From: Hemiscyllium ocellatum
Lineage: Eukaryota
Direction of reading: 5' to 3'
Length of the DNA: 64,000 nt
Assembly: GCF_020745735.1 (NCBI RefSeq)
Contig: NC_083422.1
Location: forward strand, 25,792,001 to 25,856,000
Below, piece after piece: positions 51,029 through 64,000 of the stretch. Both the position numbers and the translations under genes were made by a program. Below the pieces are notes generated by a model that worked only from the letters and a program-made list of their open reading frames with translations, searched no databases and was not told where the DNA came from. Each line of letters begins with the position of its first letter. Within the stretch, counting starts at the first letter, position 1.

Positions 51029-53528
51029 ATAGAGTCATAGAGTCATAGAGATGTACAGCATGGAAACAGACCCTTCGGTCCAAACCATCCACGCCGACCA
51101 GATATCCCAACCCAATCTAGTCCCATATGCCAGTACCCGGACCATATCCCTCCATACCCATCCAAATGCCTCTTAAGTGTTGCAATTGTACCAGCCTCCA
51201 CCACATCCTCTGGCAGCTCATTCCATATACGTACCACCCTCTGCGTGAAAAAGTTGCCCCTTAGGTCTCTTTTATATCTTTCCCCTCTCACCCTAAACCT
51301 ATGCCCTCTAGTTCTGGACTCCCAACCCCAGGGAAAAGACTTGGTCTATTTATCCTATCCATGCCCCTCATAATTTTGTAAACTTCTATAAAGTCACCCC
51401 TCAACCTCCGAAGCTCCAGGGAAAACAGCCCCAGCCTGTTCAGCCTCTCCCTGTAGCTCAGATCCTCCAACCCTGGCAACATCCTTGTAAATCTTTTCTG
51501 AACCCTTTCAAGTTTCACAACACCTTTCCGATAGGAAGGAGACCAGAATTGTATGCAATATTCCAACAGTGGCCTAATCAATGTCCTGTACAGCTGCAAC
51601 ATGACCTCCCAACTCCTGTACTCAATACTCTGACCAATAAAGGAAAGGATACCAAACGCCTTCTTCACTATCCTATCTACCTGAGACTCCACTTTCAAGG
51701 AGCTATGAAACTGCACTCCAAGGTCTCTTTGTTCAGCAGCACTCCCTAGGACCTTACCATTAAGTGTATAAGTCCTGATCTGATTTGTTTTCCCAAAATG
51801 CAGCACCTCGCACTTATCTGAATTAAACTCCATCTGCTACTTCTCAGGCCATTGGCCCATCTGGTCAAGATCCTGTTGTAACCTGAGGTAACCCTCTTCA
51901 CTGTCCACCTCCAATTTTGGTATCATCTGCAAACTTACTAACTGTACCTTTTATGCTCACATCCAAATCATTTATGTAAATGACAAAAAGTAGAGGGCCC
52001 AGCACCGATCCTTGTGGCACTCCACTGGTCACAGGCCTCCAGTCTGAAAAACAACCCTCCACCACCACCCTCTGTCTTCTACCTTTGAGCCAGTTCTGTA
52101 TCCAAATGGCTAGTTCTCCCTGTATTCCATGAGATCTAATCGTGCTAATCAGTCTCCCATGGGGAACCTTTCGAATGCCTTCCTGAAGTCCATATAGATC
52201 ACATCTACTGCTCTGCCCTCATCAATCTTCTTTGTTACTTCTTCAAAAAATTCAATCAAGTTTGTGAGACATGATTTCCCATGCACAAAGCCATGTTGAC
52301 TATCCCTAACCAGTCCTTGCCTTTCCAAATACATGTAAATCCTGTCCCTCAGGATTCCCTCCAACAACTTGCCCATCACCGAGGTCAGGCTCACTGGTCT
52401 ATAATTCCATGGCGTGTCTTTACCGCCCTTCTTAAACAGTTTGCCAACCTCCAGTCTTCCAGCACCTCACCTGTGACTATCGATGATACAAATATCTCAG
52501 CAAGAGGCCCAGCAATCACTTCTCTAGCTTCCCACAGAGTTCTCGGGTACACCTGATCAGGTCCTGGGGATTTATTCACTTCCTCCTCTGTAATCTGGAC
52601 ATTTTGCAAGATGTCACCATCTATTTCCCTACAATCTATATCTTCTATATCCTTTTCTACAGTAAATACTGATGCAAAATATTCATTTAGTATCTCCCCC
52701 ATTTTCTGTGGCTCCACACAAAGGCCGCCTTGCTGATCTTTGAGGGGCACTATTCTGTCCCTAGTTACCCTTTTGTCCTTAATATATTTGTAAAAACCCT
52801 TTGGATTCTCCTTAATTCTATTTGCCAACACTATCTCATGTCCTCGTTTTGCCCTCCTGATTTCCCTCTTAAGCAAACTCTTACTTTCTTTATACTCTTC
52901 TAAGGATTCACTCGATCTATCCTGTCTATACCTGACATAAACTTCCTTCTTTTTCTTAACTAAACCTTCAATTCCTTTCGTCATCCAACATTCCCTATAC
53001 CTACCAGCCTTCCCTTTCACCCTGACAGGAATATACTTTCTCTGGATTTTTGTTATCTCATTTCTGAAGGCTCCCATTTTCCAGCTGTCCCTTTACCTCT
53101 GCCTCCAATCAGCTTTCGAAAGTTCTTGCCAAATACCGTCAAAATTGGCCTTTCTCCAATTTCAGAACTTCAACTTTTAGATCTGGTCTATCCTTTTCCA
53201 ATACTATTTCAAACCAAATAGAATTATGGTCGCTGGTCCCAAACTGCTCCCCCACTGACGCCTCAGTCACCTGACCTGCCTTATTTCCCAAGAGTAGGTC
53301 AAGTTTTGCACTTTCTCTAGTAGGTGCATCTACATACGGAATAAGAAAATTGTCTTGTACACACTTAAGAAATTCCTCTCCATCTAAACCTTTAACACTA
53401 TGGCAGTCCCAGTCAATGTTTGGAAAGTTAAAATCCCCTCCATAACTACCTTAATATTCTTACAGATAGCTGAGATCTCCTTACAAGTTTGTTTCTCAAT
53501 TTCCCTCTGACTGTTGGGGGCGTCTGTA
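51029..53528 (-). mobile_element. Young CR1 (HER1-like) LINE, 2.5 kb (part of EN plus RT), frameshifted
   Basis: ORFs 52391-53077, 52149-52394, 51288-51833 and 51043-51291 are CR1 ORF2 pieces; (gactctat)n tail at 51029-51050. Confidence 0.95.
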
Positions 53529-55199
53529 TTTTGATTCTGCATTCACAAAGGAGGGCACAAATAATATCCCAAAAATACTGTGGCACAGAATTCGATCACA
53601 ATACTGGCTGGCACTTTGTAGTCACTGGACATACTTTATAAAATTGTTCAAGAGTCAATTTGATGTGTTACGGAGAGGTAGTGAATTAAAAGGCAAATAT
53701 TTTTCAGCAACCTCTTCAGAGATATGGGGACACATGTCTGGAGCAGAGACCTGAACCTGAACTCTCTGACTCAGAGATGGACGCTACCATGGCAATTTGG
53801 CGGCAAATTATTGGTTCCAATCCATGAAAAAAGGCAAGCATTTTCAAACTCAAAAGTTTCTACCATGGCAAAGATACTACCATCTCAGAGGATGACAGGG
53901 CTGTTCTCTTAGAGACAAACAACAGGAGACCAGCTTAATCTGAGGGTCACAATGCCTCAGATGAGGGGTAAGTTTGAGAAGATGGGAACTTCATGGAACC
54001 CATGCAATTGGCATCATTCTGCAATGCAAACTAGCCATCCAGCCAACTGAGCTAACCAACTCCCATATTAACATCAGATGATAAGATTAAATATCAAACT
54101 GTTTTAAATGAAATATCTTCACAAGTAAGTCCCAATTTACAATATTTAAAAAGATGGAAAATGAAATAGGGTGGATAGATACACCAGAACTACCTAAGTA
54201 AACAAATGGGGAGTGCACTTTTAGACACACTGACATGGTCGTGTTCATAAAGTAATAAACACCTGATTTGACGTGCATATCTAGTCATGTTTTACTTATT
54301 GATCTCAGAAGGATTGCTAGGATCTGGTCCCTCTTTTGCATGCTCTGGGTTTATTATGCCATGAACGTAGGGATTATTTCTTGGTCTTAACTGTGTTTGA
54401 CATTGTTGCGTGCCTTCAGAATGAGTTTCACGGGGAAAGAAAATTCAAAAGGACATGTTCACGTTAACTGTTGATTTGGGATGGTGAACACATTTTGGAG
54501 GCCAGAGCTAAGTGTGGATCACAAAGCAAAGGCTTCATTGGGTGACCAACAAGAGCATTACATGAAGCCCAAGCGGCAGGAGTGGAAGGGAAACACAAGG
54601 GCTACAGCAATCATCAGGGCAGCAGCTGACAGTTGGTGGTATTTGTCTTCAGTTTTTCCACACTCTACGGCAAGGCGGTGACTTTGAAAAACAGCATCTT
54701 TCTTATTTTTTGCCAGAAACATTTAAGTCTCCTTTGTCTGTTGTGCAATGCCATCTCTCACTATGCAGTCACCCCTTCTTACATGTCAGGGTGTGAACAC
54801 AGTCAGAGACCCCACATTACACTAACATATTTGTGCTGCAGCAACCAATATTGTGAAGTGGGTCCTTAAGTAGGCTGATTGTACACCTTACTAGTGTGGA
54901 TTGTTTTCACTGCTGCAAGTTCACCTCCAGGGAAAATGCCAGGAGGTGAGACACATCAGGTGCTCATAAAAAGTTTTTCAATCAATTTTTAAGTCTCCCT
55001 GACTCCTGCACTCAGGGCTGAGAAAATCCTGCCCTCATGTCAGCACCAAGTCCTCCTAAAGTAAGAAAAAATTAGCTGCAGGAAGAATTAGCTGCAAAAG
55101 AAACCTTCATAATCATAGACCCAATCAAAATCTACTTAGTCACCTTAGACCACCACCAAATGGTAGGTATGATAGTTTCTCCACACACACTGGTACAAT

Positions 55200-55760
55200 T
55201 GTCTCAGTTCCTCCATACTAGTCTTAATTCTGAAATTGCTTCTCCAATGTGCAGCCTTGAATAAACTAAAATTTCTTCCAATTAAACACTGGAAATCCAT
55301 CGTCTTTGATCCTATCACAAATTCTGCTCACAAATTAAGGTGCCTACAGTCTCAAAGTTGGTGTTCCAGTTGATTGATAGCTGAGCTTCCAATTCATACC
55401 CTCTATATCATTAAGACTGATCTTTAAATCCATCTCTATAAGTCAACATCACAGATTTGCACTCTCTCAGCCCATCTGTTGTTGAACTCCTCATCAAAGC
55501 TTTTCTTACCTCAAGATTAAACTATTCTAATATTCTCTTAGTTAACTTCTCATTTTCTATCCTCAAGAAATGTGAACTTATCCGTGACATTGCTTCTCAT
55601 ATTTTAAACACACTAAGTTCCTTTACAGACATCATGATGTGCTTACTGACCAATACTGACTTCTGGTCAGCCAAAACCTCGATGTTCAAACCCCTCCCTG
55701 AATTTACCCATCCCAATCTCTATAATCTTCTCCATAATGAATGAGCATTCCTCAATCCTG
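55200..55760 (+). mobile_element. Ancient L2 LINE 3' remnant
   Basis: VELLIKAFLTSRLNYSNILL resembles the L2 motif L.HA.V.SRLDYCN.LL. Confidence 0.55.
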
Positions 55761-58340
55761 CATCTTGTGAACATTTAACTCCAGAGTAACATAGAAAGCT
55801 AGCTTGTGGTATAAAAGCAGATAGTAAGAATTTCTACAAGTATTTAATTCGGAAAAGAGTAACTCGAGCTAATGCTGGTCTTCTAGAGAGGAAGGCAAGG
55901 AAATGCTGGAAATGTTGAAGAGTTTTTTGGGCTTGGATTCACTGTGGAAAATGACACAAAGATGTCTCAAAAATCAATTGGTGAAAGAGAGAGGGGAACT
56001 TAAAACATCAGGAAATACAGTTGATGGGAAAACCTACAGTCTTAAAGACTGCCTCGCCAGATCAGAGGAGCTTTAAAAAGTAGTGAAGTGATAGTTCATG
56101 CTTTGTTTACAATCTTCAATTCTTTCTTAAATTGTGTGTTTATGTATACAGTGACAGAGGACTAGAGAACAATACCCTGTTTATAGAAGAGTAGATGGAT
56201 ATGCATTATATTCAGACAAACTGCTCATTAGTTCTGGCCACCTTTATACTTTTACTGATTGATTTTCAATTTTGCACAGGGGAAGTTGAAATAAACAGCC
56301 AAATAGTAATGTTGGCATTTCAAATGTCAATAGCCATTTGTTTAGATGTTTGCTAACCAACCTGTTCAGACATGTATTATATACCTCTGGAGCAGGTGGG
56401 ACTTGAACTTGGGCCTCCTAGCTCAGCTGGAGAGAGATTGCTATTGCACCACAAGAGCCATTAGCCATCTGTTTAAAGAACTGAGCTGAATTACACTTTT
56501 CTGATAAGCATTATTGAGCAATCTGATTTCAAACATGCTGTCTGTTGGAAGAGATTGATTTGGCACCTCTCTGTCACTGACAGCTATTGTGGCTATAAAA
56601 ACATAGTAATAACCAAGGTTTTCACTGGTAGAAAAGTTGGCAATTGTAATGATGCTAATACTTGCAGCATTTGCTGTTATTACTGTGCAATACTGTTCCA
56701 AGGTGTGGCATTTGCAATGTAAAGGGGGGAAGAAAGTCACAAACTGCAGTTTGAGATACCCTGATCTGCTAAAAGAGTGCATTGCTGCATTCTCCAAAGA
56801 TGCAGTCAGCACTGACATCTGTAACCCGATGTGAACTTCGACCTTTACCTTCTGTTCTCTTGTAAATAATATGAAAAGGTTGAAAAGTATGAATTCAACT
56901 GAGATTTAACGGCTCAGAATTTCATCCGCAAGTCAGGTGTATAGAGCTGAGAAAATTGCTGGCTTTGCAAACTATCTTTTAGAAATGTTGATCTGAATGT
57001 CCGGTTTACCGTCCTGGGTGAGTTCTATTTGAAGTTTGAGTGGGGAACCCCAGAAATAGTGAGGTAGATGTTGGGTGGAGGCAGGCTGGGTAGATTGCAG
57101 AGCTCTGGCATGTGTCCAAAGTTTACACTGAAAGAATAACATATAAAATATCCCTCAAGTCTTCACCCCAAATACTCACCATTTCCATCTACAACACTTT
57201 GCCATTACACCTACCATGTCAACTCATCCAGTATCTACTATTCCCAGATTGCAGGACCTATGTAATGATGAGTTAAAATAAGACTCTACAAAGTAAAGTT
57301 TTATGTATCTATGCAGCCGCCACAATATTGAGGAACCATGCTCATTAATTAAAAAAAACTACATTTACATTTCTTCAACTATTTAGTGTCTTGTAACAAC
57401 AAACATTTCATTCAAGTGTAATATCCAATCTAACGAGGACGGACTCATATCCCCACTTTAAAGAGTCTCCAACCTCTTACATCTGCCAAACGAACTGAGA
57501 ATGATTGGCACCCGACTGTGTATGATTGTGTAATAAGTAAAGCAGCACTAATCCAGTAAAGAGAATGCTCAGACCTATATCAACAGACAAAGTAAGATTC
57601 TAACAACATTTTCTTTCAAAACACTCCAGACACTTTTTTCTATTCCAAAGATAACAAGGGTAGAACTTATAAATGCCTTAACATTTTCTTTTGACAATTG
57701 CTTTTGATAAGTTTGACAGTTACTTTTGGCACTTTTGAGAGTTGATTTTGACTAATCTGTTGACAGTTCCAATCAGCTTGACAGTAAATGTGTTTTTCCA
57801 CTTTTGAGGCCCACTCATGCCTACTTTTCATAATTTAACTGAGTATTTCATCTCTTCAAAAGGTCACCTGAATTCTCCAAGAAGTGCCCTGGACGATATC
57901 CAAATGAATACCTTACTTCTCCAAAACATATTGTGACATCTAAAGAGATGCACCGAATTCAAAGCTGCTCTTTACATGTCTACTTGGCACACTTTGTGTT
58001 TCACACCCATTAACTGCCAAAATCTGATGAGTGGAGGTAGCTCCTGGTTTAAATGGCTAGCTGCCTTGGTGAAATGTATCCCATATGGCTCCACATCATG
58101 GTGAAAACCCAGGTTCATGTTTTGTACTTAAAATATAATCAAGTTTTTATAGTGTATTAAATAATGATTAGTACTGAAAATATTAGTTTTTGGAACTGTG
58201 GGGTATCACTCCCTGCATTGTATAGTCTAAAAAAAAAGCATACATTTTAAAATAACAATTTATTTTTAGGTTGATGACATTTCAACTTCAACCACAGTCC
58301 ATAGTGAATGACCAGACCATTATTCCATTCTTTGTTATAT

Positions 58341-58765
58341 TGGATGTAGGTTTGCTCGCTGAGCTGGAAGGGTCATTTCCAGACATTTTGTTACCCTACT
58401 AGGTAACATCTTCAGTGGGCCTCAGACAAAACAATGCTGAAAATTCCTGCTTTCTCTTTATATGTTTGGGTTTCTTTGGGTTGGTGACATCATTTCCTGT
58501 GGTGAAGTCATTTCCTGTTCCTTTTCTCAGGGGTGATAGATGGGGCCTAACTCGGTGTGTTTGTTGATAAAGTTCCGGTTGGAATGCCATGCTTCCAGGA
58601 ATTCTCGTGCGAGTCTTTGTTTGGCTTGTCCTAGGATGGATGTGTTGGTCCAGTCAAAGTGGTGTCCTTCCTCAGCTATATGTGAGGGTATTAGTGAGAG
58701 AGGGTCACCAACTAGCCACAAAAAGACATGATCCTCAATCTGAGCTACAAATCTTCTAAAAAGTT
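58341..58765 (-). mobile_element. Poseidon-clade PLE fragment: minus arm 58341-58710, short plus piece and tail 58710-58765; decayed hammerhead at 58379-58418 (-)
   Basis: HHFDWTNTSILGQAKQRLAREFLEAWHS; 10-bp TSD tttgttatat at 58331-58340 and 58766-58775; tail gctacaaatcttct as at 36594. Confidence 0.85.
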
Positions 58766-58823
58766 TTTGTTATATACTCTATTGTATTCTTTGTTCTGTG
58801 AATAAAATCTGAACGCTAATCGA

Positions 58824-60644
58824 TGGCAAATAGAATTAAGAAGAATGCAAAGGGTTTTTACAAATACATAAAGGACAAAAGTGTAACTAGGGAGAGGATA
58901 GGGCCCCTCAAAGATCAGCAAGGTGGCCTTTGTGTCGAGCCGCAGAAAATGGGGGAGATACTAAACGAGTATTTTGCATCAGTACTTAATGTGGAAAAGG
59001 ATATGGAAGATATAGAAAGTAGGGAAATAGATGGTGACACCTTGCAAAATATCTACATTACAGAGGAGGAAGTGCTGGATGTTTTGAAATGCATAAAGAT
59101 GGAGAAATCCCCAGGACCTGATCAGGTGTACCCGAGAACTTTGTGGGAAGCCAGGGAAGTGATTGCTGGGCCTCTTGCTGAGATATTTGTATCATCGATA
59201 GTCACAGGTAAGGTGCTGGAAGACTGGAGGTTGGCTAACAAGGTGCCACTCTTTAAGTAGGGTAGTAAGGACAAGCCAGGGAACTATAGGCCAGTGAGCC
59301 TGATGTCGATTTTGGGTAAGTTGTTGGAGGGAATTCTGAGGGACAGGATATACATGTATTTGGAAAGGCAAGGACTGATTAGGGACAGTCAACATGGCTT
59401 TGTGCTTGGGAAATTATGTCTCACAAACTTGATTGAGTTTTTTGAAGAAGTAACAAAGAAGATTGATGAGGACAGAGTGGTAGATGTGATCTATATGGAT
59501 TTTAGGAATGCTTTCGATAAGGTTCCCCATGGTAGATTGGTTAGCAAGGTTAGATCTCACAGAATACAGGGCGAACTAGCCATTTGGATACAGAACTGGC
59601 TCAAAGGTAGAAGACAGAGGGTGGTGGTGGAGGGTTGTTTTTCAGACTGGAGGCCTGTGACCAGTGGAGTGCCACAAGGATCAGTGCTGGGTCCCCATTT
59701 ATATAAAAGATTTGGATGCGAGCATAAGAAGTATCGTTTGTAAGTTTGCAGGTGACACCAAAATTGGAGGTGTAGTGGACAACGAAGTAGGTTACCTTAG
59801 GTTACAACAGGATCTTGATCAGATGGGCCAATGGGCTGAGAAGTGGCAGGTGGAATTAAGTTCCGATAAATGCAAGGTGCTGCAGTTTGGGAAAGCAAAC
59901 CTTAGCAGGATTTATACATTTAATGCTAAGGTCCTAGAGGGTGTTGCTGAACAAAGATACCTTGGAGTGTAGTTTCACATCTCTTTGAAAGTAGAGTTGT
60001 GGGTAGATAGGATAGTGAAGAAGGCATTTGGTATGCGTTCCTTTATTGGTCAGAGTATTGAGTATAGGAGTTGGGAGGTCATGTTGCAGTTGTACAGGAT
60101 GTTGGTTAGGCCACATTTGGAATATTGTGTGTGGTTCTGCTCTACTTCCTATCAGAAAGATGTTGTAAAACATGAAAGGAGTCAGAAAAGATTTACAAGG
60201 ATGTTGCCAGGGTTGGAGGATTTGAGCTACAGGGGCAGGTTGAGTATGCTGGGGCTGTTTTCCCTGGAGCATCGGAGGCTGACGGGTGACCTTATAGAGG
60301 TTTATAAAATTATGAGGGGCATGGATAGGATAAATAGACAAAGTCTTTTCCCTGGGGTCAGGGAGTTCAGAATTAGAGGGAAAAGATATAAAAGGGACCT
60401 AAGGGGGAACTTTTTCACGCAGAGGGTGATACGTGTGTGGAATGAGCTGCCAGGGGAAGTGGTGGAGGCTGGTACAATTGCAACATTTAAAAGGCATTTG
60501 GATGGGTATATGAATAGGAAGGGTTTGGAGAGATATGGGCCGGGTGCTGGCAGGTGGGACTAGTTTAGGCTGGGATACCTGGTCGGCATGGACGGATTGG
60601 ACCGAAGAATCTGTTTCCATGCTGTACATCTCTATGACTCTATG
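58824..60644 (+). mobile_element. Young CR1 (HER1-like) LINE, 5'-truncated, several stops
   Basis: KSPGPDQVYPR, QHGF and [10 protein letters not shown] motifs; ctctatga tail. Confidence 0.95.
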
Positions 60645-61989
60645 GTACATTTTACTTCCTACTTTGCTGTTGGTGAGAACTCTTCCAACTGATTCGCTGC
60701 TCAGCTTGTTTGATAAGTTCACTGTTCTGGCATTCCAGATCTGCTGCTAGAATCAAACTGACATTGTCAAAGGGAAACCTGAAGCTAAAGAGTCTGTTCA
60801 ATCTCTGTGGAGAGTGTTCTTCAAGATCAGCAACATGATTGCCTTCATTCCATCTGCAAAATGCAGTTCTGACATTCTGGATACTGGTATTAGGGGTCTC
60901 GAAAGGGTTTAGTGAAGTGGCAAGCAAGAGGATTCCCAGCATCCATTGGATCCTTGTTAAAGCAACATTGCAAGTTGTTTAGCATACCTGTATTAGAGGA
61001 GTAACAAAGGCAGCCATATGTTCTTCAAGATTCATATGATTAGGCCAAATCTTAACCTTTTTTTAGGTCTAGTGATGCAGTGCTGACATCCCTACCTCTG
61101 GGCCAGTAGTTCAAGTGCTGTCTCAGGACTTGATCGCCACACAAGGTATATTCATAATGTGTCTAAACAAATTGATCAACAATGTATAAATCCTTCCAAT
61201 ATGCCATGGCAGGTTGTAAGAAAAGAAAATTTCCAGCTCAATCAAAACTATGTGGTAGCAGAAGCACAGCTGTCTTCCCACATTAAAAGACTCTATACAG
61301 AGGTTCTGGCCATGAGTAAGTATCATTTGTAATGACTAACACACACAGAAACACCTTTTTCACCAACTGGATTAAGTGCCATTGAAAATGTGATGTGAAG
61401 AATGTTTGTCATTCTATTAGAGTATGAGCAGAGGAAGGCACCAATGAAACATAATATTCAACCTGTTTAATTGATTCAGTCGGCTTGCTAGAACTAAAAG
61501 TAATACCTCAGTTGTGCGTTCTGCCTTTTAAAAAAAAACTTAATTTACTGTTAATCTACCAGGTGAGGAGTCAACCATACTGTAGAGGATTACATACTGG
61601 GCAAAAAAAAAATCAACTGTTAATAATATGATCCATCTTATTTAAAATGACAGGAAATTTTCCTTTATACAAGATACATTAATGTAGCTATTTTGTGTAA
61701 AGAAAATGTCCATTTAACATGATTAACTGTTTCTTTAAGGAAGCTATTACTTTTGGTCAATACCTCACCAGATGTCAGTGTCCACTTTCTCAAAGAGGAA
61801 TTTAATCACAAATTGAAGAATCTAGAAATATTGCTCTGATTTCATGTCAGCCTCAGAGTGTGATGGGATGTGATTAGTTCCAGGACAGGTTTATTTTGAA
61901 TCCAAAAATAGTAAATAAAAAGTTTTTCCAAATAAGGTGGACAACAATTTCTAGATTGCTGATGTATCTGGGCATTTTGGCACCATGGG

Positions 61990-62442
61990 TAATTGAATTG
62001 AACCGAATTGAATTTATTGTAATGGGTACCGAGGCACAGTGAAAAGCTTTGTCTTGCGAGCAATACAGGCAGTTTGCATAGTTAAATAGCATAGATAAGT
62101 AAATAATGGGTCAACAGTGGCAAAAACAAAAACACAGGTACAGGCGAATGTAACAGTTTGTGAGTCCACTCAATATTCTAACAACAGTAGGTTAGACACC
62201 AGCTGGTGTGTGTATGTGTTCAGGCTTCTGTATCTTCTCCCTGATGGTAGAGGCTGTAGAAAAGCATTGCTAGGGTGGGATGGATCTTTGAGAATGCTGG
62301 CAGCCTTTCCTTGACAGCCGGCCTGGTAGATGGATTCTATAAATGGGAGGTTGGCCTTTGTGGTTGTCCGGGCCAAGTTCACCACTCTCTGTAACCATTT
62401 CTGATCTTGAATGGTATAGTTGCCATACCAGGTAGTGATAAC
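61990..62442 (-). mobile_element. Rex1/Babar-like LINE 3' fragment
   Basis: KAASILKDPSHP...LPSGRRYRSL motif; aataaa plus (ttcaa)n tail. Confidence 0.75.
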
Positions 62443-63099
62443 GAAAATACTATCCTTTTCTGAGCAATACCTGGCTTCAATCTTGGGTTAAAAGTTCTGA
62501 ATTTTAGTTATGCAAATGGAATACTAGGGATAAGCATAATTAGAATGGACAAACCAGTGAGGAAGCTAATATTCTTTTTTTTTGAAATTATCACCACATA
62601 TTAGGAAAGCTTATTTCTTGTTGTAAAGGTACACTTAACTCTAAGCACATCTTTAATAGGATTTAGCATTCCAACAACCCACAATAAAATCTTAATTTTT
62701 TTGCGAGAAGTTATATTGATCCAGCTAATGGTGATTTGTTACAAATCACTGAGAACTAAATATTTGTTCCTTCAATGTACAACTCAAGGTAATCGAGCAA
62801 GTCTAGGTTAAAAAAGAAACTATAAGTCTCATACAGCTGATCAAAATTTCCCTTCTCCCTCTTCCACTTTGGAGTCAGGATTTACTATCCAAATTGATAT
62901 AGTGCTAACTCATGTTTTAGCTTTTATATCAAATTGCCTTTCAAATAGTAAAATAGAAATCTAATTTAGTTGCTACATCTCAGAAGTAGTTTTAATTAGC
63001 TTTCTGCCTGAAACTGGAAGAAAGGTTATGTTGAAAGTAAATGGTGAAAAAGATATAAATCTTTTGGAATTGCTATTTCATCCTACATTTCGTACTAAC

Positions 63100-63382
63100 A
63101 TCACAGAATCATCATCCCTAAGTGTAGAAGTAGGCGATTTGACCCAACAAGACCACATTAACTTTCTCCCTGCATTTCCCATGTCTAACTCACCTAGCCC
63201 TGCATACTATAGGCAATTTAGTATGGCCAATCCACCTAACCCGCACAACATTGGACTGTGGAGGAAATCCATGCAGACATAGAGACAACGTGCAAACATC
63301 ACGCAGCCCGAGGCTGGAATTGAACCCAAGCCCCAGACACAATGTGGCAGCAGTACTAACCACTGAGTCACCATGCTGCCCT
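63100..63382 (-). mobile_element. HE1-like tRNA SINE (older)
   Basis: B box ggttcaattcc and conserved core. Confidence 0.75.
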
Positions 63383-64000
63383 AAAGCCATAATGAGTAAC
63401 ATTTTAATTCCACAAGGTAAAACTTTGGCAAATATTTATTTCAAAGTCTCCATTTCATGAAACCTCTTTAAAATTACTTTTCCTCTGATGTCCTGTGCTG
63501 TATACTCTTTCCCACAAACATGTGAACAGTTTTCTTTCCTTGGGTCTGAATTTTATGGGGTGAGGTTTTTCTGCCCATCTGCTGGAAGAGAAGTAGCCAG
63601 GCTGACAAATGTTCAACAAAGCCTCCAGCTGCAGCCATAAAGCACTCTGAGTGACCTCAGTGGGAGCATGAACTGCTCTTGAGAACTGCCATCATAGTTG
63701 GCCAGCAACTCCGGTAGTCCTAAAGGTGTCAGAATTTAGTAACTGGTGTTGCTGTGATGTCAAATAGGCACTTTAATGAAATAGAGAAAGGATGTGCTCT
63801 ATTTGTGCTTATTCCAGTTGTCACTGCACAGCACTAATGCTGCTGAGAAGGGGGCCATATTTTACCCTCCCCCAATTTGGATGTGTTTAGGGAAGGATAG
63901 GATTAACTATGGCATCTGGATCTCTAAAGTCCAGAGTTTTGCACAAGGAGGAATTGGCCAGCCTGGGGAGTAGATTGAGAGATATGGTGGGATGGGCGGG

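Noticed and set aside
56441-56834. Overlapping 125-aa and 65-aa ORFs
   Set aside because: No motif, composition like random sequence, and partly overlapping a SINE-like remnant.
51029-60644. Inverted pair of young CR1 copies as one composite element
   Set aside because: Different truncation points, a 5.3-kb unrelated spacer and no shared TSD indicate independent insertions.
1-64000. CRISPR array, prokaryotic operon, retron or DGR-type RT system
   Set aside because: No regularly spaced repeats or gene-dense structure; all RT motifs belong to eukaryotic PLE or LINE families.

Overview
Repeat-dense eukaryotic non-coding DNA. The CR1/HER1-like LINEs and HE1-like tRNA-SINEs suggest a cartilaginous fish (shark); this is an inference. 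There is no recognisable host protein-coding gene, rRNA, true tRNA or CRISPR array, and the long ORFs I could identify are decayed transposon fragments. Contents: Penelope-like elements (PLEs) of two clades (Neptune-like and Poseidon/Penelope-like), young and old CR1 LINEs, an L2/CR1-clade LINE with a partner SINE, Rex1/Babar and RTE fragments, at least 7 HE1-like SINEs, Deu-domain SINE remnants and PIF/Harbinger transposase fossils. The most interesting signal is a set of 7 TSD-bounded PLE insertions (about 140 bp to 3.4 kb) sharing one asymmetric inverted architecture. One end stops at a fixed point about 35 nt short of the 3' terminus, and the other end, in opposite orientation, carries that 'tail'. 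The inverted overlap ranges from 0 bp to about 1.5 kb. About a dozen minimal hammerhead ribozyme motifs lie in these ends, and the short copies start at the hammerhead CUGANGA box rather than at its cleavage site. Family names come from motif recognition, not database searches, and boundaries of old elements are approximate.
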